A stretch of DNA of 64,000 nt from Candidatus Eiseniibacteriota bacterium (GTDB lineage Bacteria > Eisenbacteria > RBG-16-71-46 > CAIMUX01 > VGJL01). Below the pieces are notes generated by a model that was not told where the DNA came from, did not search any database, and saw only the letters and a list, made by a program, of their open reading frames with translations. Where the stretch lies: contig CAWBWI010000002.1 in NCBI GenBank assembly GCA_963792585.1, positions 320,001 through 384,000 of the forward strand. Direction: 5' to 3'. How positions within the stretch are numbered: the stretch's first letter is position 1; each line of letters opens with the position of its first letter. Positions 1 through 8,750 of this stretch are shown here, piece by piece. The position numbers and the translations under genes were made by a program.

Positions 1-147
1 CAAGGAGCGGAAAACCATCAGCCAACCTCCCTGCGCATAGGATCGGTCCGCCCGACCCGGTAATCGACTCCTTTCTAGGATACCACCGATCCGGGGACCC
101 GGCAAGGGGCCTAGGCCCATGCTACGGTGACCCGGGGAGGAGTTTCG

Positions 148-570
148 ATGACGTTGCCTCAGGAGGTCACCCACCGTGTCCGCTACGCGGACACCGACGC
201 CATGGGGGTCGTATACAACGCCGTCTACCTGGTCTGGTTCGAGGCCGCCCGTACCGAGTGGCTTCGCGCCCGTGGGCTGCCTTACCGCGAGGTTTCCAAC
301 CGGGGAATCTCCTTGCCCGTGACCGAGGCGACGCTCCGCTTCCGTAACCCCGCCCGGTACGACGACCTTGTGACGGTCGAGGCGCTCGTAGATCGGGTTC
401 GCTCCCGGGGAGTGACCTTCTCCTACCTGGTTCGAACCGGCGGACGGATCCTCGCCGAGGGTTCCACGACCCATGTCGCGGTGGAAACGGTCTCGGGCCG
501 ATCGGTCCTGATGCCGGAGTGGCTGATCGAGCGGCTCCGGCCCGGCGGCACCCCCGGGGACCAGCCCTAG
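148..570 (+). CDS. Acyl-CoA thioesterase, YbgC/FadM (hot-dog) family
   Basis: RVRYADTDAMGVVYNAVYLVWFEAARTEW motif; GGAGG RBS before ATG at 148. Confidence 0.9.
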   Translation: MTLPQEVTHRVRYADTDAMGVVYNAVYLVWFEAARTEWLRARGLPYREVSNRGISLPVTEATLRFRNPARYDDLVTVEALVDRVRSRGVTFSYLVRTGGRILAEGSTTHVAVETVSGRSVLMPEWLIERLRPGGTPGDQP

Positions 571-635
571 ATCGCCGGACATCCGCGGGAGCCACTCTCG
601 GACACACAACATTATCGTTGACATTTTCAGCATCA

Positions 636-651
636 TGTGATGAAATTCACG
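636..651. promoter_or_regulatory. Near-palindromic TGTGA-N6-TCAC site (CRP/Rex-like operator)
   Basis: TGTGATGAAATTCACG in the AT-richer intergenic region upstream of the redox operon. Confidence 0.4.
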
Positions 652-827
652 ACGAGGCGAACTGCTTGGAATATCAACGAGTTCCGTTGATCTTGCCATC
701 CAGTGGGCCGCAGGGTGCATATGGACTCAACACATTTCCTCACACACCAAGTCAGAGCCGACGTGGCTCTCCACCCCAACTTACAGTCAGTTTGTCAGTT
801 ACCTCTGCTGTTGATTTTCTGCGCACT

Positions 828-844
828 TGGGCACGGACCATGCT
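828..844 (+). promoter_or_regulatory. Putative sigma54 (-24/-12) promoter
   Basis: GG-CACGGACCAT-GC spacing (GG 830-831, GC 842-843), ~45 bp before the operon, which encodes a sigma54 activator. Confidence 0.5.
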
Positions 845-887
845 CTAACCCGATACGTCCGGCCATGAGCCGGGCGAGGGGGATGTG

Positions 888-1634
888 ATGGAACCGCTTT
901 ACAAGTGTGTGTGGATGACGGCGGGAGTCCTGACATTCCGACTCTGCGACCGCGGGTACGACTGCGATCGCTGTCTCGTGAACCAGGCGCTCCGCGAGGG
1001 AAAGTCCCCCGCGGGAAGCTCTGCGCTCACGGCGACAGGTCTGCAGCGTCTCGGAGCCACAGGCTCAGAGACGGCATTCCATCTCTCCCGCCACGGTTTC
1101 TACGACCGCAACCACACATGGGCGCGGGTGGGGAACAGCGGAGCGGTGCGCGTGGGCCTCGATGACTTCGGAAGGCGGCTTCTTGGTCGTGTCGTCCGGG
1201 TCATCCTCCCCGAACCGGGTCGTGTCGTCCACGAGGGCGAGCAGGCCTGGACGTTTGTCGGGGAAGCCGGCGAGGTGAAGTTAGTTTCTCCCGTCGCCGG
1301 GCGGGTTCTTTCGCGCAACGAGGCGCTCATCGCCCGTCCGGAGCTCATGCGCGGAGATGCGCGAAAAGAAGTGTGGCTCGTGCGTGTTCGGCCGGCCCGT
1401 CTTCGCAAGGACCTCGAGCGGCTTCTGTTTGGGCGCCGCGCCGTCGCCTGGCTTCACGAGCAGGTGGCAGAGGTTCGAGATCGGTTGCTCGAGGAGCACG
1501 CCATCGGCGCCGGTATGGCGCCTGACGGGGGCGTTCTCGATCCCGCGTTGTTTCCTGAGTTGGGGGTTTCTCAACGGCGTTCCCTGGTCGAGGCGTTTCT
1601 CCTCGATGGGGGGGCGGGTAGGAAAGTGAGGTAA
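888..1634 (+). CDS. GcvH-like protein with N-terminal Cys cluster, no lipoyl lysine
   Basis: CVWMxAGV..LCDxxYDCDRC at the N-terminus; HTWARV..VRVGLDDF..SPVAGRV GcvH-fold motifs; Ala at the lipoyl-Lys position; C-terminal APDGG. Confidence 0.8.
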   Translation: MEPLYKCVWMTAGVLTFRLCDRGYDCDRCLVNQALREGKSPAGSSALTATGLQRLGATGSETAFHLSRHGFYDRNHTWARVGNSGAVRVGLDDFGRRLLGRVVRVILPEPGRVVHEGEQAWTFVGEAGEVKLVSPVAGRVLSRNEALIARPELMRGDARKEVWLVRVRPARLRKDLERLLFGRRAVAWLHEQVAEVRDRLLEEHAIGAGMAPDGGVLDPALFPELGVSQRRSLVEAFLLDGGAGRKVR

Positions 1635-1638
1635 GGCC

Positions 1639-2301
1639 ATGGTCGCCCTGTTCGTTCTCGCTACGATCGCAGTCTTCTTGATTGCGGATCTGATCGTTGT
1701 ACAAGCGCGCAAGAGGCATCCGGTGAGCGGGATCGTGCCCGGCGCGGCGGAGGCCCCCGTGCTTCAGCCCCACAGGGTTCCGGCGGGCGTCTTTCTGAGC
1801 CCGTCGCACCTCTGGCTCACGATCGAGCCATCGGGTCGTGTGAAGGTCGGTCTGGACGAACTGGCCCAGCGCCTCCTCGGACCGCTCGATGTGGTCCGGT
1901 TCCCGTCCGTCGGGAGGCGGGTCAGCCGCGGAGAGACCCTGTTCTCCGTGCAGATGGGTGAAGCCGAGCTTCCGATCGCCTCGCCGGTTTCCGGTGTGCT
2001 CCACGCCACCCAGGTGCCGAACGGCGGCATGGTTTCCGAGGGGACCGATCCGGATGCATGGCTGGTTTCCATCGAGCCCGAGAGGATGGGAGAAGAAATC
2101 CGACCGCTGAGGCTCGCTGAGGAAGCGGCCTCCTGGCTCGCGATCGAGTTCGCCCGCTTGAGGGACACCCTCCTCGGGCTTCAGTTGCGCCCCGCTGCGA
2201 CGTTGCCCGACGGAGGTGAGCCCGCCGAAGGACTGCTTCGGATTCTCGAGGCCAAAGATCGTGACGCGGTGCTCAAGGGATTCCTGCTCCGCGACTCCTG
2301 A
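1639..2301 (+). CDS. Membrane-anchored GcvH-like protein, no lipoyl lysine
   Basis: N-terminal TM helix; HLWL..VKVGLDE..SPVSG..WLV; Glu at the lipoyl-Lys position; LPDGG. Confidence 0.8.
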   Translation: MVALFVLATIAVFLIADLIVVQARKRHPVSGIVPGAAEAPVLQPHRVPAGVFLSPSHLWLTIEPSGRVKVGLDELAQRLLGPLDVVRFPSVGRRVSRGETLFSVQMGEAELPIASPVSGVLHATQVPNGGMVSEGTDPDAWLVSIEPERMGEEIRPLRLAEEAASWLAIEFARLRDTLLGLQLRPAATLPDGGEPAEGLLRILEAKDRDAVLKGFLLRDS

Positions 2302-2358
2302 GACTGAATCGAACACTCCTCCCGGGTCGGCCGCACCGGGCGGGGGGAGGTAAGGGAC

Positions 2359-3141
2359 GTGTCGAAGGGTTTGTTGATCGATGTCACCAAGTGCATCGGC
2401 TGCGGTTCTTGCAACGATGCCTGCCAGAAGGCCAACGACCTGCCGGACTCGCCGGACGGGGAGCTTTCCGACAAGAGATACACAGTCGTGCAGGAGGTGC
2501 AGGTATCGAAGGCCGAGCCGCACTACATCAGGCGGCTCTGCATGCACTGCCAGCATCCGACGTGTGAGTCGGTCTGCCCGGTGGGCGCCTTCAAGAAGAC
2601 TGCGGAAGGGCCCGTCCTCTACGAGGCGGGGAAGTGCATGGGCTGCCGATACTGCATGATGGCATGCCCCTACGGGGTGCCGCGGTACGAGTGGGCATCG
2701 ACGAACCCGCGGGTGCGCAAGTGCATCATGTGCGCGCCGCGGTTGAGGCAGGGACTGCCCACTGCATGCGCGGAGGCGTGTCCCACGGGCGCCACGATGT
2801 TCGGTGACCGGGATGAGCTGCTCCAGGAAGCCCACAATCGCGTCCGCGAGCAGCCCGACCTGTACGTCCAGTCGATCTTCGGCGAGGACGAAGGGGGTGG
2901 AACCTCGGTCCTCATCTTGGCGGACGTCCCCTTCACGGAGCTGGGCTTGCCGGGGAATCTCCCGAATCATCCGATGGGTGAGTTCACCGAAGCGGTACTT
3001 ACCAAGTTGCCAAGCGTGGTGGTGGTGGGTGGGAGTCTCCTCTCGGGCCTCTACTGGATCATCAATCGGAGGATGACGCTCGCAGAGGAGCGACGTGCCG
3101 GTGGCGCGGGTCGGTTCGCCGGTGAGGAGGCAAGGCGATGA
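2359..3141 (+). CDS. 4Fe-4S dicluster protein, HybA/HmcB/NrfC family
   Basis: CIGCGSCNDAC, CMHCQHPTCESVCP, CMGCRYCMMACP, KCIMC..PTACAEACP; C-terminal TM helix. Confidence 0.92.
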   Translation: MSKGLLIDVTKCIGCGSCNDACQKANDLPDSPDGELSDKRYTVVQEVQVSKAEPHYIRRLCMHCQHPTCESVCPVGAFKKTAEGPVLYEAGKCMGCRYCMMACPYGVPRYEWASTNPRVRKCIMCAPRLRQGLPTACAEACPTGATMFGDRDELLQEAHNRVREQPDLYVQSIFGEDEGGGTSVLILADVPFTELGLPGNLPNHPMGEFTEAVLTKLPSVVVVGGSLLSGLYWIINRRMTLAEERRAGGAGRFAGEEARR

Positions 3142-4355
3142 AACTCCCCATCAAGATCACCTTCTGGCGCGTCGTGTGGTTCGTGCTCGTCGCTGCGGGC
3201 CTCTACTCCACGGTTCTCCGGTTCACGAAGGGCCTCGGCGCGGCGACGCATCTGAGCGACCGGATGCCCTGGGGGATCTGGATCGGTTTCGATCTGCTCT
3301 GCGGCGTCGGGCTGGCCGCCGGCGGGTTCGCAATGGCCGCCGTGGTTCACATCTTCCGAATCGAAACCTACAAACCGGTGATCCGCCCGGCGATCTTGAC
3401 CGCGTTCCTCGGGTATCTGCTGGTGATCATGGCGCTTCTGATCGATCTCGGAAGGCCGTGGTTCATCTGGCACCCCATCGTCATGTGGAACCCTCGGTCG
3501 GTGATGTTCGAGGTCGCCTGGTGCGTGATGCTGTACACGACGGTCCTGGCCGTCGAGTTCAGCCCGTCGATCCTCGAGCGCTTGGGATGGACGAAGGCTC
3601 TGAAGATCGTCCGGGAGGCGTTGCCGGTCTTCGTGATTCTGGGCGTGCTCCTCTCGACACTCCACCAGTCCTCGCTCGGCTCCCTCTATTTGATCGTTCC
3701 GAACAAGCTCTACGCGCTCTGGTACTCGCCACTCCTGCCGGTGCTCTTCTTCCTCTCCGCTCTGGCAGTGGGGTGCAGTATGGTGACGCTCGAGTCATTC
3801 CTGAGCCAGCAGGCGTTCGGGCATCGACTCTCGAACCAGGTGCGCGAGGGGCTGGCGAGCATGACGCTCGTGCTGCTGATCCCCTATGGGGTCCTGCGGT
3901 TGCTCGACGTGATCCAGAGAGGGGCGCTGGGTCTCGCCTTCCTGCCAAACCTCGAGGGCCGGCTGTTTCTGCTGGAGATCCTCCTCGGATTGGTGGTACC
4001 CGTTGCATTGCTGGCGAACGGGAGGGTGCGGGCCAACCCCCGAGGACAGGTGCTTTCGGCGGTCTTCGTGATCTTCGGCTTCGTGCTGCACCGGCTCAAC
4101 GTCAGCGTCACCGGGATGGAGGCCACGCTCCACGCCGGGTACTTCCCGGCCTGGACGGAGGTCGCGATCACGATGATGATCGTCGCGATCGGATTCTCGG
4201 TGTTCGGGTTGGCGGGAAGGTTCCTGCCGGTCTTCGGAAGCGCCAAGGCCGGCGCGCATACAGGGGCGCCGAGCGGCGCCCTGGGTGAGGTGAGGACAAA
4301 GGACACATGGGGATCCCGGCCAGAGGGCTTGCCTTCCGGCTCTCACTCTATCTAG
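3138..4355 (+). CDS. NrfD/HybB-family integral membrane quinone-interacting subunit
   Basis: PWGIWIGFDLLCGVGLAAGGF, DLGRPW, SVMFEVAWC, LSTLHQSSLGSL; about 10 TM helices; ATGA overlap with the upstream gene. Confidence 0.92.
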   Translation: MKLPIKITFWRVVWFVLVAAGLYSTVLRFTKGLGAATHLSDRMPWGIWIGFDLLCGVGLAAGGFAMAAVVHIFRIETYKPVIRPAILTAFLGYLLVIMALLIDLGRPWFIWHPIVMWNPRSVMFEVAWCVMLYTTVLAVEFSPSILERLGWTKALKIVREALPVFVILGVLLSTLHQSSLGSLYLIVPNKLYALWYSPLLPVLFFLSALAVGCSMVTLESFLSQQAFGHRLSNQVREGLASMTLVLLIPYGVLRLLDVIQRGALGLAFLPNLEGRLFLLEILLGLVVPVALLANGRVRANPRGQVLSAVFVIFGFVLHRLNVSVTGMEATLHAGYFPAWTEVAITMMIVAIGFSVFGLAGRFLPVFGSAKAGAHTGAPSGALGEVRTKDTWGSRPEGLPSGSHSI

Positions 4356-5932
4356 CGGCCGCGGTCGCCGTCGTTCTCGGTCTGTTCGGGGTTTGGGCGG
4401 TTCGCGAGAGCCGCTCACACCTCGAACAGAGCGTTATCGACAGCGCCGACCGGGTCTGCGACCTGATCCGTCGCAGCACCCGGTCCTTCATGTTCCGGAA
4501 CGAGCGGCGGGAGGTCTTCGAGATCATCCAGGCGATCGGCGAACAGCCCAATTTCGACCGGATCCGCATCTACGACAAGGAAGGTCAGATCCAGTACTCG
4601 ACCGTGGCGAGCGAGGTTGCTACCCGCGCCGACACCACCGCTGAGGCCTGCATCAACTGCCACCGTGGCCACGCCCCAAAACCGACGATCGACCGCAATG
4701 AACGCTACCGGATCTTCCGCAATCCAGACGGCCATCGCACGCTTGGCGTGATTGCGCCGATCGAGAACGAGCCGGCCTGCTCGAACGCCGAGTGTCACGT
4801 CCACCCGCCGGGACAGAGGATCTTGGGGGTGCTTGACACGCAGATGTCCCTTGCGGACATCGACCGCCAGATGGCAGCCCTGACCATCCAGATGACGGTC
4901 TCCACGATTCTGGCGCTGATCGGGCTGTTGGCCCTCTTCTCGTTGATCCTCTATCGCCTTGTTCACAGGCCGGTCCGGCGCCTGATCCAGGGGACGAAAC
5001 GAATCGCGTCGGGTGATCTGTCCGGCCGCGTCCCTGTTCGGTCCCAGGACGAGATCCGGGAGTTGGCGCAGTCGTTCAACCAGATGACGGACGATCTGTC
5101 CCAGGCTCGTACCGAGCTGCAATCCTGGGCGCGGACCCTCGAGCAACGGGTCGAAGAGAAGACGCGGGCGCTCGAGAAGGTTCAGGAGGAGATCCTCCAG
5201 ATGGAGCGGATGGCCTCGATGGGCAAGCTCGCCGCCATCGTCGCCCACGAGATCAACAATCCTCTCGCCGGGATCCGGACCTACGCCCACCTGCTCGTCA
5301 AGAAGGCGCGTCGTCGTTTGGAGTCCGACTCCGCCAGCGCGGAACGGGATCGCGAGTCGGTGGAGATGCTGACGCAGATCGAGGAGGAGTCGGCGCGCTG
5401 CGGCGAGATCGTCAAGAACCTGCTTCAATTCTCGCGTCCATCGCGCACGCGGACGGAGCCGGTCGATGTCAATCAGCTCGCAGCCGGGTCCGTCCGCCTG
5501 GTGCAGCACCAGATCGATCTGCAGGGACTCACCAGCCGCCTGGAGTTGACGGAGAAGCTGGAGCCGATCGTCTGTGACGCTCAGCAGCTCCGTCAGGCGA
5601 TGGTCGCGGTGCTGATCAATGCGTGCGAGGCCATGGGCAACGAGGGGGTCCTCACCGTCCGCACCGCGCCGGCGCCGGGTGGCGGAGTGGAGATCGCGGT
5701 GAACGACACGGGAGTCGGGATTGATGAGGAGACGCGTAAGCACCTCTTCGAGCCGTTCTACACGACGAAGGAGAAGGGAGCCGGACTGGGGCTCGCGGTT
5801 GTCTATGGGATCGTCAGGAGTCACGGCGGCAGGATCGAGGTCGAATCGTCCCCGGGAAGGGGAACGACGATGAGGATCTTCCTGCCCGCGAAACCCCCGG
5901 CCCGCGAGCCGGAAGCGGAGATGGTTGGATGA
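4307..5932 (+). CDS. Sensor histidine kinase (periplasmic heme-motif domain, HAMP, HisKA, HATPase)
   Basis: Two TM helices around CINCH and CSNAECH; HAMP DEIRELAQSFNQM; AHEINNPL H-box; DTGVGI, FEPFYTTK, GAGLGL. Confidence 0.93.
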   Translation: MGIPARGLAFRLSLYLAAAVAVVLGLFGVWAVRESRSHLEQSVIDSADRVCDLIRRSTRSFMFRNERREVFEIIQAIGEQPNFDRIRIYDKEGQIQYSTVASEVATRADTTAEACINCHRGHAPKPTIDRNERYRIFRNPDGHRTLGVIAPIENEPACSNAECHVHPPGQRILGVLDTQMSLADIDRQMAALTIQMTVSTILALIGLLALFSLILYRLVHRPVRRLIQGTKRIASGDLSGRVPVRSQDEIRELAQSFNQMTDDLSQARTELQSWARTLEQRVEEKTRALEKVQEEILQMERMASMGKLAAIVAHEINNPLAGIRTYAHLLVKKARRRLESDSASAERDRESVEMLTQIEEESARCGEIVKNLLQFSRPSRTRTEPVDVNQLAAGSVRLVQHQIDLQGLTSRLELTEKLEPIVCDAQQLRQAMVAVLINACEAMGNEGVLTVRTAPAPGGGVEIAVNDTGVGIDEETRKHLFEPFYTTKEKGAGLGLAVVYGIVRSHGGRIEVESSPGRGTTMRIFLPAKPPAREPEAEMVG

Positions 5933-7282
5933 GTGGAGAATCCGAATCCTGATCGTTGATGACGAACCGATCGTGCGCAGTTCGCTGGAGCACTGGTTCG
6001 CCGAGGAGGGATGCGTCGTGGACACCGCGGCGAGCGGGAAGGAGGCTCTCACCAAGCTGGCGGAAGCGTGAGTGGGACATCTTCCTGCTGGACATCCGGA
6101 TGCCGGGGATGGACGGCCTCGAGCTGCAGGCGCGCATCCGCGAGTCCCACCCCGACGCGATCATCATCATCATGACGGCCTACGCATCGGTCGAGACGGC
6201 CGTGCAGGCGATGAAGCAGGGAGCGCACGATTACATCACGAAGCCGTTCGATCCCGAGTCGCTCGAGCGGATGGTTCGCTCCGCCGTCGGATCGACGGCG
6301 GCTGCAGAAGGAGAACCTCCAGCTCAAGCGCAGCCTCGACGAGACTGGAGCAGTTCTCCGAAGATCGTCGGAGCGTCCCCCGCGATCCGACAGGTCCACG
6401 AGATGATCCAGACCGTCGCGGCGACCGACGCGACGGTCCTGATCCGCGGCGAGAGCGGCACCGGGCAAGGAACTCGTCGCCCGTGCGATCCACGCGCACA
6501 GCGCACCGGCGCTACATGCCGATCGTCGTCGTCAACTGCGGCGCCCTGCCGGAAGGGGTTCTCGAGAGCGAGCTCTTCGGCCATGAGAAGGGGGCGTTCA
6601 CCGGGGCGCAGTATCGTCGCAAGGGGAAGTTCGAGCTCGCCGACGGCGGGACGCTTTTCCTCGACGAGATCGGCGATGTGAGTTTGAAGACGCAGATGGA
6701 CATGTTGCGCGTTCTCGAGGAGAAGGCGATCTACCGGGTCGGGGGGAACTCGCGAATCGCGGTCGACTTCCGAGTGATTGCGGCCACGAACCGCGATCTG
6801 GAACTGGCGGTCGCCGACAAGAGCTTCCGCGAGGACCTCTATTACCGGCTGAACGTATTCACGATCCGCATCCCCCCGCTGCGGGAGCGCCGCGAGGACA
6901 TCCCTGTGCTCGCTAACCATTTCCTCCACAAGCTCGTGCAGGAGCATGAATCGCGCGATCGACGGCTTCTCTCCGGAAGCGATGAGGGTCGCTGACGGGC
7001 CGCGACTGGCCCGGCAACGTGCGGGAGCTTCAGAACGCCATCGAGACGGGCGGCGGTCGTCCGGGCGCAGGGGCTGATCGAGCCCGAGGACTTTCCGTTC
7101 ACCGAGCACGCGAACGCCGATGAGGAACCGAATGGCAAGAGCCTTGCCGAGCTCGAGAAGATCCACATCGCCAAGGTCCTGCGAGGACCGGGTGGAACAT
7201 CAGCCAGGCGGCCCGGCTCCTGGAGATCGATCGCGTGACTCTGTACAACAAGATGCGCAAGTACGGGATCGAGAGGCCGTAG
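5925..7282 (+). CDS. Sigma54-dependent response regulator (NtrC family), split by several frameshifts
   Basis: [59 protein letters not shown] and a C-terminal HTH ([11 protein letters not shown]) spread over different frames; TTG start inferred. Confidence 0.85.
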
Positions 7283-7286
7283 GGGG

Positions 7287-7829
7287 TTGGGAAGCATCTG
7301 TCTCGTCTCGGTGGGGGCCGCCGATCCGCCCCTGCTGGATTACCTCGCCCTGATCCTCGGCGAGATTCTCCACTGTGATGTCAGGATCGAGCCACGCCGC
7401 CTGCCCCCCGATCCGTTCTATGATCCGATGCGCCGCCAGCATTATTCCACTCGGATCGTCGAGAGCCTTGCTGCGGAATTCGGCGGGCCGAAGGAGAAGG
7501 TCTTCGGTATTGCGGAGATCGACCTCTACATCCCGATTCTGACCTTTGTGTTCGGCGAGGCGCAGCTCAACGGCCGGGCGGCGATTCTATCCATCGCCCG
7601 TCTCCGGCAGGCATTCTACGGGCTGCCCGAGGAACCCGAGCGGCTCTACCATCGGACAGAGAAGGAGGCGCTCCACGAGGTGGGACACACGCTGGGCTTG
7701 CTCCACTGCCCGGACTATGCGTGCGTGATGCACTTCTCCAACTCCATCGAGGAGGTCGACCTGAAGGGAGATCGCTTTTGCGGCAAATGCGCGGGGAATG
7801 TCCGGGCATGGCGCGATTCCGGGGCATGA
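7287..7829 (+). CDS. Archaemetzincin-family Zn metalloprotease
   Basis: FVFGEA; HEVGHTLGLLHC..CVMHFSNS..D.K...FC..C signature. Confidence 0.92.
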   Translation: MGSICLVSVGAADPPLLDYLALILGEILHCDVRIEPRRLPPDPFYDPMRRQHYSTRIVESLAAEFGGPKEKVFGIAEIDLYIPILTFVFGEAQLNGRAAILSIARLRQAFYGLPEEPERLYHRTEKEALHEVGHTLGLLHCPDYACVMHFSNSIEEVDLKGDRFCGKCAGNVRAWRDSGA

Positions 7830-8446
7830 AGCGGCCATCGGCGTTGCCCGCTTGGGGCATCCTCCTGGGCGCTGCCCTCATCTTCGTCTCGGTTCCGGCC
7901 CTGGCAGACTCGGCCGTCTGGGGGACGTGGATGGGGAGGACCGATTGCGGTCTCGAGGACGTCTACAAGGCCCTACACCAAGCGTGGCGAGGTCCGGGGC
8001 ACATGATCTCATCGCGGGAGATGGCATCGGCGTACTTGAGGGGGGAGTGGGAAGGGCTCGAGCCCGCCCGCCCGGGCGAGGCGCTCGTGGAGACCTTGGT
8101 GATCGGTTCCCCCTTTCTGCGGTTGAACCTGCGCCCCTTTCGCGATGCCGGCGGGTCTGCCGATTCCCTGCTCGAGGCCTTCTTGCGCTCCGCTGAAGCG
8201 CCGACCGACTCCGCGTCCTTCGCGCGGGCGTGGCTGGCGGTGGGAATGGGCTGCGGGCGCGGGGAGTTCCCCTTCTCACGGGCGACGTTTGATTCGATCG
8301 ACGCACTCGTGAGGCCGCCGGGCTATCCGGCGATCCACCACTCGGCCGCCTATACGTCGCGGTACCGTCCCGCCTACCGAGTGCTGACCAGCTCCGAGGC
8401 GGATCGACTCGTGAATGGGTTGGCCCGCCGTCCGAGTCCGGATTAG
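7826..8446 (+). CDS. Secreted hypothetical protein
   Basis: Signal peptide (..VPALA); DVYKALHQ..GPGH and HHSAAY..YRPAYRV motifs; ATGA overlap. Confidence 0.7.
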   Translation: MKRPSALPAWGILLGAALIFVSVPALADSAVWGTWMGRTDCGLEDVYKALHQAWRGPGHMISSREMASAYLRGEWEGLEPARPGEALVETLVIGSPFLRLNLRPFRDAGGSADSLLEAFLRSAEAPTDSASFARAWLAVGMGCGRGEFPFSRATFDSIDALVRPPGYPAIHHSAAYTSRYRPAYRVLTSSEADRLVNGLARRPSPD

Positions 8447-8750
8447 CACACCCGATCGGCAGGGTGCGTCATCGAGAGGCGCCCGCGGCGGAGTTCCGGG
8501 CGGGCTTCCCGAAGTCGTCCCCGGACTCTCACTCAGTGTCCGGAAATAAGTAAGATTGTCTAATAATTAGCATTGTCTTGTTTTAGGTAATATTGTTCCC
8601 GGATACCTCTAGAATCTCATGACAGATGGCTGCAGAGCTTGCCAGACACACAGAATGGATGAGGTTTCAGTGGGGAGTACGCATCCCGGTTCCCGCAAGC
8701 AGACACCGATCCACGGTCAGACGGACTCTGATGCCCCAAGGCGGAGCCAT

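Noticed and set aside
888..2301. GcvH-like proteins acting as lipoyl carriers for the E1 fusion at 27-29 kb
   Set aside because: Both lack the lipoyl lysine and lie in a different operon
1345..2970. Long antisense ORFs (also 4415-6055, 9510-10910, 18910-20403, 43080-44456, 53690-55450)
   Set aside because: Shadows of well-supported genes in GC-rich DNA, with no motifs
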